From positions 145,886,001 through 145,950,000 of the forward strand of contig OX597816.1 in NCBI GenBank assembly GCA_951406725.2: a stretch of 64,000 nucleotides of DNA, read 5' to 3'. The DNA is from Octopus vulgaris. Taxonomy: Eukaryota. Under the pieces are notes generated by a model. It made no database searches. It was given only the letters and a program-made list of their open reading frames with translations, and was not told the origin of the DNA. Shown here piece after piece: positions 42,002 through 54,960 of this stretch; positions within the stretch are counted from its first letter, which is position 1, and every line of letters starts with the position of its first letter. A program made the position numbers and the translations under genes.

Positions 42002-44350
42002 TTAACTGGTTTCATAATCATCCAACCAGAGAGGAGGGTGCCGTTCCCTCTGTGGTCGCAGTGCGATCCTAGGACTGGTTCCTGGTATGTTGCTGCTGGC
42101 CTCATCATCCTGTCTACTGGTGTTGTTTTCATCTTGCCCACTGCTGCTGGTCCCATCCTCTGAGGCATGGACAATCCTCCGTATATCCAAAACGTGGCGT
42201 GGAATACCATCGACCGAGATGTTATTCTTTGAATTTACAGAGGTTATTTTCCCCTTTCCCCATTGTGATGTACACCGAGCATTTGGTGGTTTTACCGAAA
42301 CTTCTTCTCCGACCTGCACGAAGGCGTGCTCTTCCTTGTTCCGGGTCGCATTGATGCAGTACACGGATGCCTCCACTCGTACCTGAATATTGCCCTGTGT
42401 GGCACCGACTCCTCAGCCTGTCCTGATCTGGGCGACATATTGTACCAAAATACAGCCTCGATTGGTGAAATGTGACCCCTCTCTGCCATGGCCTTAATGG
42501 TACGATGATGCCTTTCCACCACCCCATTTCCACTTGGCCGGTATGCCGCCCTGAAGAAGCGGTTGACCTTCCACCCATCAAGCATTTCTTTCAGCACATC
42601 CGAGCGAAATGCAGTGCCATTATCCAGAAGCAGTTCATCCACGGGGCCTCGTTCCAGGAATATCTCATTCAACACTTTCATAATTTCTTCTGCGGTCCCC
42701 GTCTTCATCTCCATCCATATGGCCAACCGCAGTCAACCATTGAGAGGTATGTCACCTGCCGGTAGTGTGTTATGTCCACCGCCAGTCGTTTCCAGTCATG
42801 GTCCACTGGAATACTTCCCGCTTCATGTACACCCGGAGCAGGGTCGATGGACTGGCACCTCTCACAACTGCTAACCACTCTCTGCACGCTCTGTCTTGTT
42901 ACATCGGAGTAAACTTTTCTGGCTAGGAACAATGTCCTGTCCACACCCATGTGATGCATGGTATGCAGTCTCCGCAACTCCGAGTCACTCAGACGGCATA
43001 CTGCAGCTACAGCCTGCTTCACATCCTCTGGCACCTTCAACCAGGCTCGCTTTACCCTGGTCAGGACGTCTGCTTTATTCTTCTCGGAAGGCACAAAGAT
43101 CACGCTCAGCACTAAGATCACGCTCAGTGGTTAGTTCACGCAGTATTCCCAATCGACGCTTTACCAGCATCTCTGCAGCCCCTTTGGTCCGCACCCTCCG
43201 CTCATTAGTGATGACTGCTGTCACCCAACCAAGTACAGTGGCCGAATCAGTCCTGATTTCTATGGTGTGCAACCCCCACTTCAAGGCTAGGTTCACCCCC
43301 CTTCAACACGGCATCCAACTCCGCCACATTGATATGATTGCAGTCATCCGTCTTCCTGAGCCAGGCTGCATCTTCCACTATGACGCCTCCCACTTCTAAG
43401 ACAACCCCTGTTGCGATGCTACTGGCGTCACACCATACAATCCCGCTCTTTGATTTGGGAACATACCACCTGCTCCTCACTGGGTCCTCTGAATTCAGCC
43501 CGAACCCCAACCTGGTCAGACAGTACGTCCAGCCCTTATACCTGACGAGCTGGTACTTCCACAATTTCTCAGCCACATGCACCTGTAGGTATGCCGACTT
43601 CAAATCAACAATCGTGCAGGCCCCTGTTATCTGCCTCCACTCTCGCAAGGTGTCTCCGCAGACATCCGTGGCCTCGCCGCCTGTATGACACGATATGTGA
43701 TCATTCAGCTCTCGGAAGTCAAGCACTGGCCTGACCTTATGCTTTGTGGGCTGTATCACCGCCATCAGTGGCAGGACTCCGCTCTCTTCTTTTTCCCAAG
43801 GGATCAATATGCCCTCCTTAATCCACCGCTCCACCTCCCCCTCGAACTCACTTCTGGCATCTCCTTTTAGAGTATGCTGATAGCAGCCCACTTTATTCTT
43901 TAAGATCGGGGGCTCTCCCTTCCAGTGCCACTCCACTGTCCACCACTTGCCATCAAAGACAGCCCGAGAATCCTGGTCTTCAACGGTGTGCGCAGCGTGC
44001 TTTTCCTCACAGTTGTCGCCGGTGCATGGTCTCGCCCTACACGGTTTCCCCGCTAACCCAAAAGTTACACCAGCCTCGTTAACGGTGACACCTCCCAAGT
44101 GGGTGATTGCATCCATACCCATCACCACTTCGATCTCGTCCACCAAGTGACCAACCACAATCGCTCGCAGCGTCAGCTGTAGTCCCTGCACCACAATCCG
44201 CGCATCTGTAACCCCTTCGCAGTGCACTTCTCTTCCATCGACAGCTCTAACACTGCTTCCTCCACTCCACGTCTCTGCCACTTCTGTAGTCATCAGGGTT
44301 GTTATACAGCCCGTGTCCACAAGGGCTCACGACATCTTCCCCTCCACCAG
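42002..44350 (-). pseudogene. pol: Retrotransposon pol (PR, partial RT, RNase H, integrase), frameshifted
   Basis: VDTGC; VDLKSAYLQ; WCDASS; HHCC (HTMHH...CERC); D,D,E motifs AVDIT, LDNG, GVVER. Confidence 0.9.
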
Positions 44351-44405
44351 AATGTCGACCACAAGTAGCGACGATAAGCGCGCCTCTACTGATCCGAAGG
44401 AGCAA

Positions 44406-45146
44406 CTACCGCGCAGTAGTCTCCTGCAGTCCGTTTCCCCGCAGACACTCGCTGGCTATATGCTCCGGCTCTCGACACCGGTAGCAAATCACCTCAGGCT
44501 TGGGTGACACGCAGTCACGCACCATGTGTGGACCTTGGCACCGGAAACACTGTCCTTTGAACGGTCGCACATGTTCTTTCTTTAGCCCCTCTCCGCTGCT
44601 CCTAGCTGGGCCACTTTTCGATGTTGCAGTCGCTGCTACCGACGTCATCCTGCTGCACGAAACTAGTACGCGTGCTCGAGATATGATGGCCGCCATCGGC
44701 ATCGAATGCACATTGGGAAGCTGCTGTAGCTCGACCGATATGTTGTTGGGAAAGCCAGTCACGAACGCCAACCTAACCGTCCGGTCCAGCGACTCTCCCT
44801 CGTAACACGCCAGTTTAGCTAATCTCCTAAGTTCATTGGCAAACACGTCCAACTGTTGCCCAGTCCATCTTGTTCTACCCAGGCGAGCGCATGCCTCGAA
44901 CATTCCCTCCGCAAAGGCCTCCATCAACCGGACTTCCACTTTCTCCGCGCTAAGTTGGTATGTCTCTTCCATCTTTAAATACAACGCCAACGCCGGACCA
45001 TCCAAGTACAGCGGCATGAAGCTCGCCAGGTCACCTATACCATGGAGCTTCGCCACCAACTTCACTTTCTGCAGCCAAGTGACTACATCCGTGTAGCCGC
45101 AAAACGGTTTTATAATTTCGTGCGAAATACGGGCACTCATCATCAT
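44406..45146 (-). CDS. gag: Retrotransposon Gag with zinc knuckles
   Basis: 246-aa ORF after the 5' LTR; CFRCQGPHMVRDC and CYRCREPEHIASEC. Confidence 0.85.
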   Translation of the reverse strand: MMMSARISHEIIKPFCGYTDVVTWLQKVKLVAKLHGIGDLASFMPLYLDGPALALYLKMEETYQLSAEKVEVRLMEAFAEGMFEACARLGRTRWTGQQLDVFANELRRLAKLACYEGESLDRTVRLAFVTGFPNNISVELQQLPNVHSMPMAAIISRARVLVSCSRMTSVAATATSKSGPARSSGEGLKKEHVRPFKGQCFRCQGPHMVRDCVSPKPEVICYRCREPEHIASECLRGNGLQETTAR

Positions 45147-45199
45147 TTTTATTTATAAAACCGTGTGAGAATTGTTTTTGTTTATATGCCGAAATAACT

Positions 45200-45473
45200 T
45201 GTGGTGTGAATGATGAAGAGGACAACAGAAAAAGAGAAAGGAAATATAATTAGGTCTCACCTCGGCGAAGATTAGTCTACCAAACTCACCGAAGATCAGA
45301 TCTCTCTCAACAAAGTCAATGCGTCTCGTCGCTTCCTCGTCTCAGCTCCAACTGCCGCTTCGTTGATGCCACAGGTGCGTCGTCCCTCACCGCTTCTGCT
45401 TCCTGCCGCACATGCGCCCTGCAAGCCCTGCTTCCGCCTTCCCCTATCTGTCGTCCTCTCCACCGACACCACA
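45200..45473 (-). repeat. 5' LTR (274 bp)
   Basis: Matches both left LTRs; TG...CA ends. Confidence 0.95.
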
Positions 45474-45759
45474 GTTATAAAAACTAGAATCCAATTCGAT
45501 TTGAAAAGTAACGTTATCACCTTTCAACTGAATACCAGCGCCGGAAGCTTGTTTGAATTAGTTCCGTTTGAAAACGTCGTACGTGATGGATTCTTGATTG
45601 AATTGCAGCTACTAGGATGCGTTATTGCATACCGAGCAATGTGCAGTTGCTGCAGTAGTGATATACATTGGTCATTGTTGTATATGCTGTTGAAAACGTT
45701 GTGGATGTGAATAAATCCCTCACACTCCTCTTGATTTTCAATTATCCATAACTTGTTAG

Positions 45760-46247
<488 letters not shown>

Positions 46248-46439
46248 GCATGTGTGTAAATAACTAAGATTCACTTGAATTAGGTACTTAAATTGAGGTA
46301 CCAAACCAACTCGCTATAAACCGCGCAGCTCTAAGTTAGGTGAATAAAAAGCAAATAAGTAAAAGTATATTACGGTATCAGTGCATTATGAACATCTTTT
46401 GGGATTAGTGATGTTGGAACTCTTGCATTTATAGCGTGA

Positions 46440-47560
46440 CATTTCCCCCATTTACTACAGAATAATATATTTATGTGTTATATAAATATTATATACAAAT
46501 GTACAATAATGACTGAAACTAATAATTTTTGGTTACATCGGGTGCTCGATAAATATGAAGAAGCGCTTAAACAACAAATTTTCATCTTTTAGACATAGGC
46601 CAACAGTACCGCATTATGTAGCAAAATCTAGGAATTTAAGGATAGCAATAGTAAATTTAGTCTTAAATGGGATATAGCACGTAGAGCTCAGCCATAGAAG
46701 GAAACCCGACAGAGATGTGAACTTTATCGTATGGAAATTTACGAAAGTTTTAAGTATAGAGAAAAGGAAAACCTAATCAATAATAGATTAGACAAGAATA
46801 TCTTGTGTACATTGGATCACTCGTACCTTCAAATATTTTCGAAACAGATAATAATATCATACTATGATTTGGTGGCAGAAATTATCCGGTGTATAATATT
46901 ATTCATAGCATACCCTCTATTGTATAGAAATATACGTAATAATGCCGTTTATAACCCCTACCTTTTTAATCTGCATTCCTCCTATACTCATATTACATTA
47001 TTATCCTTCAGTTCTCGGATTTTCTTCCCTATTAACTATAATATATATATTTACAATGAATCACCAGATCTTACGCCTCCCTTATCTGTATCTATAATAA
47101 TATATTTTGCAAATATTTTATAAAAAAAATTCCAGCGGTATATTTATCTTTATTTATCTTTGTATTAGCTTTGTTATGAAAACCTTGACTTATCCTTACT
47201 TTTTATTTATTACCTCTTATTATATCTATTATACTTTTTATGGCATTCACAATGGAAAGTTTTTTATCTTTATTTTTATTTTTCCTTTTATAAATCCTTC
47301 ATTGGAATTTATACATTTTTGTCTGTTTTTATTGTTATTTTTATTATTTTATTTAGTCATTTATCTTATCTTATATTATTGTATTTTTTATATATTTATA
47401 TACCCTTATATATACTTGTGTAATTTCTATGGATTCTGAAGGGATTTGTAACTTCTCTTCATAAAACTCATGGTATAATTTAATACAATATGGTATTTAT
47501 ATTTATATTTATAATGGAATTATATATTTCATAAATTCTATAAACATTTTTATTTATATG
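46440..47560 (+). mobile_element. Penelope-like element 3' part (GIY-YIG endonuclease remnant and AT-rich tail)
   Basis: YIGCS..MKKRLNN..SSFRH, ST.L..KI, LKWDI..RAQP, RCEL...E...LINNR pattern at ~46530-46810. Confidence 0.75.
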
Positions 47561-47968
47561 ATATTTTAGATTTATATATTCTTTCACTCTTTTAAATGTT
47601 TCGGCCATTTAACTGCGACCACGCTGGAGCTCCGCCTTTAGTCGAGAAAATCGACTCCAGGACTTATTTTTGTAAGCCTAGCACTTATCCTATCTCTCAC
47701 TTTTGCCGAGCCGCTAAGTTGTTGGAACGTAAACGCACCAGCCTCGGTTGTCAAGCTATGTTGGGGAATGAACACAGACACACAAACATATACATATATA
47801 CGTATATATATATATATTTACGTACACACACACACACACACACACTCACAAATATATATATATATATTTATAAATGAGGGTGAAAAATTGATATAAATTT
47901 AATAATACCATTAATTTAACACCAAGTGGCTTAGCACGTAAAACTAGGGAGATAATACAAATTTATAC

Positions 47969-48463
47969 ATAAATTATTTTAGAGAGTTACCATTATGTGG
48001 ATAGCTCTAGTGCTAAAAATAGCTCCGTTAGTATAGCCACAGAAAAGATGTTTCCAATTAGAAATAACATTACATTTAACGGAAGGAAAGTGAAACATAA
48101 CGAAGAAATAGATTGACCCTGAACAAATTGTTTCATTACTAATGTAATATGTAATTTTACTTACATAGACATCTATAAATCCAATTGGTTAAACCGCACG
48201 TGTATTTGATGCTCGTGTAGGTCTAATGGATTGTATTTAAGACAAACCTCTGCTGATGATTTATATATGTCTATGTAAGTAAAATTACATATTACATTAG
48301 TAATGAAACAATTTGTTCAGGGTCAATCTATTTCTTCGTTATGTTTCACTTTCCTTCCGTTAAATGTAACGTTATTTCTAATTGGAAACATCTTTTCTGT
48401 GGCTATACTAACGGAGCTATTTTTAGCACTAGAGTCTATCCACATAGTGGTAACTCTCTAATA

Positions 48464-48469
<6 letters not shown>
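47969..48469. repeat. Near-perfect inverted repeat (~210 bp arms, ~78 bp spacer)
   Basis: 47969-48180 is the reverse complement of 48258-48469. Confidence 0.92.
48246..48323 (+). ncRNA. Hammerhead ribozyme-like motif
   Basis: CTCTG/CAGGG stem I; CTGATGA 48253-48259; long imperfect stem II; GAAA 48305-48308; CAA-T-TTG stem III; TT site. Confidence 0.6.
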
Positions 48470-48511
<42 letters not shown>

Positions 48512-48825
48512 CGGACTGCTTTCAGTTTCCGACTACCAAATCCACTCACAAGGCTTTGGTCGGTCCGAGGCTATAGTAGAATACATCTGCCCAAGGTCCT
48601 ACGCAGTGGGACTGAACCTGGAACTATGTGGTTGGTAATGCAGGATAATGCTAATATTGTATTAGCATTATCCTGCGTTTGAAAATAAAGTTATTTCTTT
48701 ATCTGTATCTTTCAATACATTTCAACGCTTCTATAGTCAACTTCTTTTTTCGTCTTTCAACGTAAGATAGTGTCTTATAAAGCTAGATATATATATGCTA
48801 AATTTGCAGAAGAATTTGCCGTTGG

Positions 48826-48899
48826 GGCTGTTTAGCTTAATGGTAAAACACTTGACGCGTAATCACAGAGTTGTGAGTTTGAATCTCATGGCTGGCCGC
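48826..48899 (+). pseudogene. Degenerate tRNA-like sequence (tRNA pseudogene or SINE head; CGT at the anticodon position)
   Basis: TAGCTTAATGGTA A-box; T-arm GTGAG-TTTGAAT-CTCAT; acceptor and anticodon stems mismatched. Confidence 0.45.
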
Positions 48900-50080
48900 C
48901 GACAGATTTTTATGCAAAATATGCAGAGTTTAACCTGTTCATGTCATATTATTACCATTACCCTGTGTTTGAGAATAAAATTATTTCTTTATATGTAGTA
49001 TTTTTATACCTTCTTATATACTTTCATGCTTTTTCATAATGTTAGTATTTGTTTTATAAAGATATTTTTTCAACGCTTTTTTTAAAAATAAGTTTACTCG
49101 ATATAGAATTATTTATCTTATTTTTCTAGCCTTTAATATCTGGTTTTGATTCAATATAAACTGTGTACTCCTTCTCAGATAATATTTTTATTTAATTATA
49201 TGTTCGTTGTTGAATAGTTTTAGCATGACCAACTTAGCAATATCAGCTTTCTCTTATATATTAAAGTACCTCATTTTTAAGGGTTTATATATCCTTTTTC
49301 TTTTACATGGTTCTAAATTACTCGTCTAAATTTTTAATATATAAATTTTGCTAAGTTAGTATACACCTCGTTACCCTCACTTTTAATTGCCGCAATTAGA
49401 ACTCATTTTGATCTCTTTTGTTTTCCAAGTTATGTCCCTTTTTATTTGATAATCATAATCCGTTTAGCCACCCTGTCCTTTCTGACTATTACCGCTTCTC
49501 TTTCTGTCATTATCTTACTCGCAACTCTGAGATATATCCTTTTATGTAGATGAGGGTTGGATATATGATCCCAGTAATATAGTGACCGAGGAGAGTATCT
49601 GACATTAATTAATTTATCACCACCCAAGAGCATTTAACTATCAATTCCCAATGGATTTAATTCTAAGGAATTGTAGACAACATGTTGCATTAAGTCTTTT
49701 GAATGTGATAAAAATAAATATAAATGTAGTTATATCACCACTCCTCTTTCGTGACTCCTATTATTTTCCTCTGCCACTCTAATTTATAGAAGGCATACAG
49801 TTTATAGAAGGTATACCTTTTTTTCCCTAAATTTATTCTGCCACAAAAATAGCAAGCGGAAACAATGTAATTATTTTAGTGTCTCATACTGATGAAATTT
49901 GCTAAAATATAATGGTTTATCCTTTATGTTGGAAATCTATATGGTCATCTGCGTCCGAGGAGAGGAGTTTGTTTCAAATTGATGTAATGTTTTCATTGAT
50001 CGATTACACAGAGACGCTTGAAATGGCCGTAATGCACTGATACCTGGACATCCTTGTTACTTATTTGCTCTGTATTTATT

Positions 50081-50116
<36 letters not shown>

Positions 50117-50520
50117 CGTTTGTTTGTGTGTGTGTATATGTGTATGTGTGTGTGTATGCGAAGCACATTATTTTCGAAATATAAATTAAAATTCTTAATT
50201 CAAATGATGATATCATCATCTATAATGTAGTGAATACCACAATCAAAATCTTGTCGTGTCGAAAGCTGAGCAGTTTCAGCTGCGATAAATGGAACACCGG
50301 AAACTCGAAAAAAAACCTCCAAGTATATTACTCCGTAGTAAATGGGGAAAATATCTCGCTGCAATGAAAGAGCTCCAATCATCTCTTGTCTCGAAAGATG
50401 TCCATAAAGCCGAATAAGATGCAGAGTATAGACATAAAGATACTGAAGTGCACTACATACATTATGAATTGAATTACATTCATTGACTTTATTGCATATG
50501 GGTACAAGTTGGTTGTAGTA

Positions 50521-51322
50521 TTGATGTCTTCTCCGAAAGGCATTAACAGTGAAAGCAAAGGAAAATATTTTCAAGCAGTTATCAATTTTGCATTGAAGAT
50601 ATATCTTTAGCTCAAGAGAAGTCGACGAAGATCAAATGTCCGATTTCGGTAGGGGGTGGGGTGTTTGAACACAAATTGTTGAGGAACACTTGCTCTACTT
50701 AGTAGTTCGATTTAATTCTTAATCAGGAGTTCCCTGTCAATCCATACATTTGTATGAAAAAAGATTCAAAAGAGTTAACGTACATATTTCCATTGTAATG
50801 ATAACCTTGTCATAGCTGTGACATTTTCGGTGATACATTAGAATGATCAGTGCAGACAGACAGATAGAGAAATCTGTATCACCGAGCGAGTGAAGGTGAA
50901 ATCTACATATTTCGATATTAAATCTAGAAAATATGAAAAGTTTTAATTTCTGTAAGCGAAAAATGTCTTCTGTGACTTCCGAGTTGGAACTTCCCTGAGT
51001 CAAGAAAAAGCAAGTTAATCATAATATTCAAATTTATGTTCTTATCTAACGATATGTAAAGTTATTCAATGCTACAAATCACATTCACTCCAATTCATAT
51101 GTACATTCAAATGACTTAAACAAACAGTGATTTCCAAGCAGAAGAAAATACATATACTTTTTATCCTAGGATATAAGTCATATGTACTTTATCAAGGAAA
51201 CAGTCATTTGATCTTCGTCGACTTCTCTTGAGCTAAAGATATATCTTCAATGCAAAATTGATAACTGCTTGGAAATATTTTCCGTTGCTTTCACTGCTAA
51301 TGCCTTTCGGGGAAGACATCAA
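50521..51322. repeat. 118-bp inverted duplication (50521-50638 / 51205-51322)
   Basis: Four mismatches between the arms. Confidence 0.92.
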
Positions 51323-53084
51323 TGGTACAATCAGTTATTTTATTTCCATCAAAAGTATTTGGACTGCGTACTGATCCAAAAGGAAAAGGAAATACACAAG
51401 AGTCCGTTGTATTCGACTTGCATATATTAAGATATATGTTATCAGCAAGGAGTAAGATTTAATGAAATCACATTCAAACAAGAAACCATTTCATCTTACT
51501 TAAGACACAAATGTCTTATGAAAATATACAGACATCAGACAATTCCATTTCCTACAGTGTATATACTGCAGATTAGGTAAAAATAAAACAAACAAAAAAC
51601 AATAATTTATATTATTGAAATGGTGAAACCGGTTAAAAAGAAATATATATCTGAAATCATTTGTATAATTCTCCAGTAAAATATACAACACAGCAAAGTG
51701 AGAGCCCAAGCTCGCTAGTTGAAGTTTACAAAAGAAAAGTCGTTGGAATTCATTACACAGTTAATTAATTTTGAGTGGCTATGTGAATCATACAGCCATA
51801 TTTTTTCCGCGATAAATATAAAATATTCAGCATATTTATTAGAAAAATAGATTAATTCACAAACGTGATCGTTAGGTATTTCATTATTGTTAAAGTCATA
51901 TTACAGTTTTAATGTTCATAGTAATAGCAGTGCACATGTAATATATAGATGGAAGAATTGATAGGTCGCCAGAAACTTAAAATACGCTGTTGTGTTAAGA
52001 TAAGTCTTATCTGTTAGGTTCGGATCCTGAACATTTCTACTTTTCAGTTCATTCTTCTTAGAAAATTTCACAGATTAGTTAAAGAACTTAACACAAGATA
52101 GTTAAAACACAGCCCGGCCAGAATGTCTAATTATTGAAGATATCTAGATAATATAGAGCTATGATGGAGCTATATCTCCTGGACTTGCTTAAGTTCACAG
52201 TCTAATATAGTCTAATCTTCATGGTATATTTCCGTGTGAAATAAACCAATGCATCTTAATCATAAATTTTGAAGAGACATTTGATGTGACTGTCAAAAAT
52301 TAAACAGAATAATTTATTAGATTAAGTTTAAAATGTATTGTTTAGCAATTAATCTCAGATCATTCTTTATAAACTTTTAGGAAAATAAAATAAGGTATAT
52401 AACCTCTTTTCAGTTCAGAATATTTTTACAATACTATTAAACATGATTAACACAAAAGAATTTCTCTTTAACAATTATTATAGTAATACTGGAACACATA
52501 GCATGATGCATTTCAGTCAATATCTACGAGTATTGCACTTCATATAATGCGCTAATAATATTTATAAAAAGAAAGGGTAGTAAAATGACTGATAGATACT
52601 TCAAACAATCCACTGTAGCTAGCTGACTACATACTACTTTCCCTCGAGTTAACAAATTACATGTTCCTTTGCCTCTAATGCTGATCTGTCTAGTACCTTC
52701 CGCCAAGTCCTTAAGTAACCTTTAACTCGACAAACCGTCCAAATGTGAGCGAAAGTCTATAGGATATTGTCCTGCTTTCCTCTTGATTTTGACTTTCAAG
52801 CTGAACTTCCACTTTATAAACCTCACTAGGGGAGATTTGAAGGCTGGTGAACAATGTTTCACTTGCTATGGCATTATTACGTCTAAATCATTATTACGTG
52901 AGCTCACACTAGTCTGTGCTACTTCCAGATGTTATATTTAAAGATTTCAAACGTGGGATATGGCTAGTAAACAGAAAGTTATATAATTTATTTATTTTGG
53001 GGTTGTAGTATTATGCAAGTTCAAGACCCGAAAGGCTATATATAACTAGAAGTTTCAGTTCCAAGTAGGAACATAGACGGTAAT

Positions 53085-53290
53085 ATATCAGATTCGTTAA
53101 CACGTTGGCGAAAATGCTTAGCGGCATTTCTTTCGGCTTTACGTTCTGAATTCAAATGCAGCCGATGTCGGCTTTGCCTTTCATTCTTTCGGGGCTGATA
53201 AAATAAGTAACAGTTGTGCACTCGGTTCAATGATATCATCTAGCTCCCTCCCAGGAAATTTTAAGCCTTGAGCTTATACTAAAAAGAATC
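53085..53290 (+). mobile_element. Second SINE family copy
   Basis: AAATGCTTAGCGGCATTT hairpin, B-box-like GAATTCAAATGC, CTTTGCCTTTCATTCTTTCGGGG body. Confidence 0.55.
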
Positions 53291-53949
53291 CTAAGTAGGA
53301 ATTATTTCTTCATATCCAAGGTTGTATTATGGTTTACAGAGAAACAAATGTTACTGCATTATATAACAAAATAGCTGTAAGTAACCTTTCCACATGTATT
53401 ATTTAATCTGTGCAAAGCCTTGCGTGGGATAGGCAATGGCTCTCGTGGCTTCTGATCTTAACTGATTGAAAGTGTTATCATGCACATTGTTTTGTCTTGG
53501 TATAAAAGACGGGCTACAGCAAATATTCAGCTCAATACCACAGATTTGCTGGTCAGTTGTTTGACCTTAACCGGTTGAGCATGGCCCTTAGTGGCTGACG
53601 ATATGTGCATCTCTGATCACGAGCAGAATTAGTTGGGGAACACCATAGCCATGAGTTGAGAGGGATTCTTTGGGGTTTGAATAATTCACCTTTGGAAACA
53701 TGGGTGTTTCGTTCAACATCCTTAAAGAACCCTTATTCAAGGATCTTTAGAGCAGAAGAAAATCTAACTGGATCCCACCTGCAAGGTCATGCGCTGTTTA
53801 TCTTGATATTAGATCACCATGTCGCGCACATATGTTTATGATACATATGCCTGATGTACCCTTATCAGACGGGTAGTCATGATGGGTATACTGGGCTTCG
53901 TATATTTTGCCCCAGTGTCACTTTGATAGCATGCACTGCTCTCTTACTC

Positions 53950-53956
53950 AATAATG

Positions 53957-54019
<63 letters not shown>

Positions 54020-54037
54020 GTAATAGTAATAATAGTA

Positions 54038-54086
<49 letters not shown>

Positions 54087-54141
54087 TAAAAATAATAATA
54101 ATAGTAATAGTAATAATAGTAATAGTAAAAATAAAAAAAAA

Positions 54142-54206
<65 letters not shown>
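53950..54206. repeat. (AAT)n microsatellite, target of the adjacent LINE
   Basis: Directly visible. Confidence 0.95.
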
Positions 54207-54208
<2 letters not shown>

Positions 54209-54960
54209 TGGAGCAGACCCAAAATGCCGATTCTGCAACGACATGATTGAAACAGTGGACCACCTAATCTCTGGATGTAAAGTCTTAGCACCAGTGGAGT
54301 ATAAATTAAGACATGACAGAGTTGGCCAATATCTCCACTGGCTAATAAGTCGGCATTACAATATCAAAACTGCCGATAAGTGGTATAATCACCACCCTGA
54401 GGCTGTAACTGAAGGAGAAAATGTAACCATCCTGTGGGACTTTCCAGTACATACAGACCGAACCATCAAGGCCAATAAACCAGATATTGTTGTGAAAGAC
54501 CAAAACAATAAAGTTTGCTTATTGATCGACATGAGCATCCCCTGTGATCATAATATCTCAGCGAAAGAGTTTGACAAGCTCAGAAAATATAAAGACCTGC
54601 TCATTGAAATTGAGAACATGTGGCATCTCAAGGCGGTTACAATACCAGTGATCGTAGGTGCACTAGGAATGATCAAGAAGGGAACCGAAAATTATATGAG
54701 AATGATCCCTGGCTTACCATCCCTGCAAGAAGTGCAAAAGATTGTCTTAATTTGTACATCACACGTATTGAGAAGAGCATTGTCGATGTGAGAACTGTTG
54801 CTACTCATGTATTTTAATTTAACTTAAAAAAAAAAAAAATGAACGAACTACTGAGTTTGGTTTAATGGCCTACCAATGTATACTATGAGTTTCTTTGCCC
54901 TAGGAGTCGGGAAGACACTCGGCAAGAAATGGAAGCCAATTTGAAAGAAAAAAAAAAAAA
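54207..54960 (+). mobile_element. 5'-truncated R4/Dong-like element with an open CCHC/RLE end
   Basis: CRFC...ETVDHLISGC, RHD, KPDIVV..LIDMS, KYKDL; same family as 3700-7920; (AAT)n on both sides. Confidence 0.92.

Larger units (their letters stand above)
41400..45473 (-). mobile_element. Ty3/Gypsy LTR retrotransposon, internally deleted, with three LTRs
   Basis: TGTGGTGT...ACACCACA termini; TSD GTTAT at 41395-41399 and 45474-45478; PPT AGATCAGGGGGGCG; domain order gag-PR-RT-RH-IN. Confidence 0.95.
37850..45700 (-). pseudogene. Receptor paralog E, C-terminal part (TM exon split by the LTR element; SEFIR-like pieces)
   Basis: Excising 41400-45473 plus one TSD gives in-frame NWILVFITISAGIAVVSWFYSCIR; acceptor near 45690; FYKIPDNI near 37850-37870. 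Confidence 0.4.
47583..48639 (-). mobile_element. tRNA-derived SINE with a Penelope-like inverted-repeat insertion
   Basis: SINE halves at 47583-47870 and 48510-48639. Confidence 0.8.

Noticed and set aside
41828-45096. Plus-strand ORFs inside the LTR element
   Set aside because: Antisense shadows of GC-rich gag/pol
48826-48899. Functional tRNA-Thr(CGT)
   Set aside because: Acceptor, D and anticodon stems are mismatched and the T-loop reads TTTGA; kept only as a remnant
50200-50574. 124-aa minus-strand ORF as a standalone gene
   Set aside because: Antisense to the SEFIR-like remnant, which reads on the plus strand here
53420-53950. GC-richer block as a coding exon
   Set aside because: No coherent frame or homology to the paralogs; probably an unclassified interspersed repeat
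53854-54291. Poly-N/L/I/Y ORFs
   Set aside because: Translations of (AAT)n
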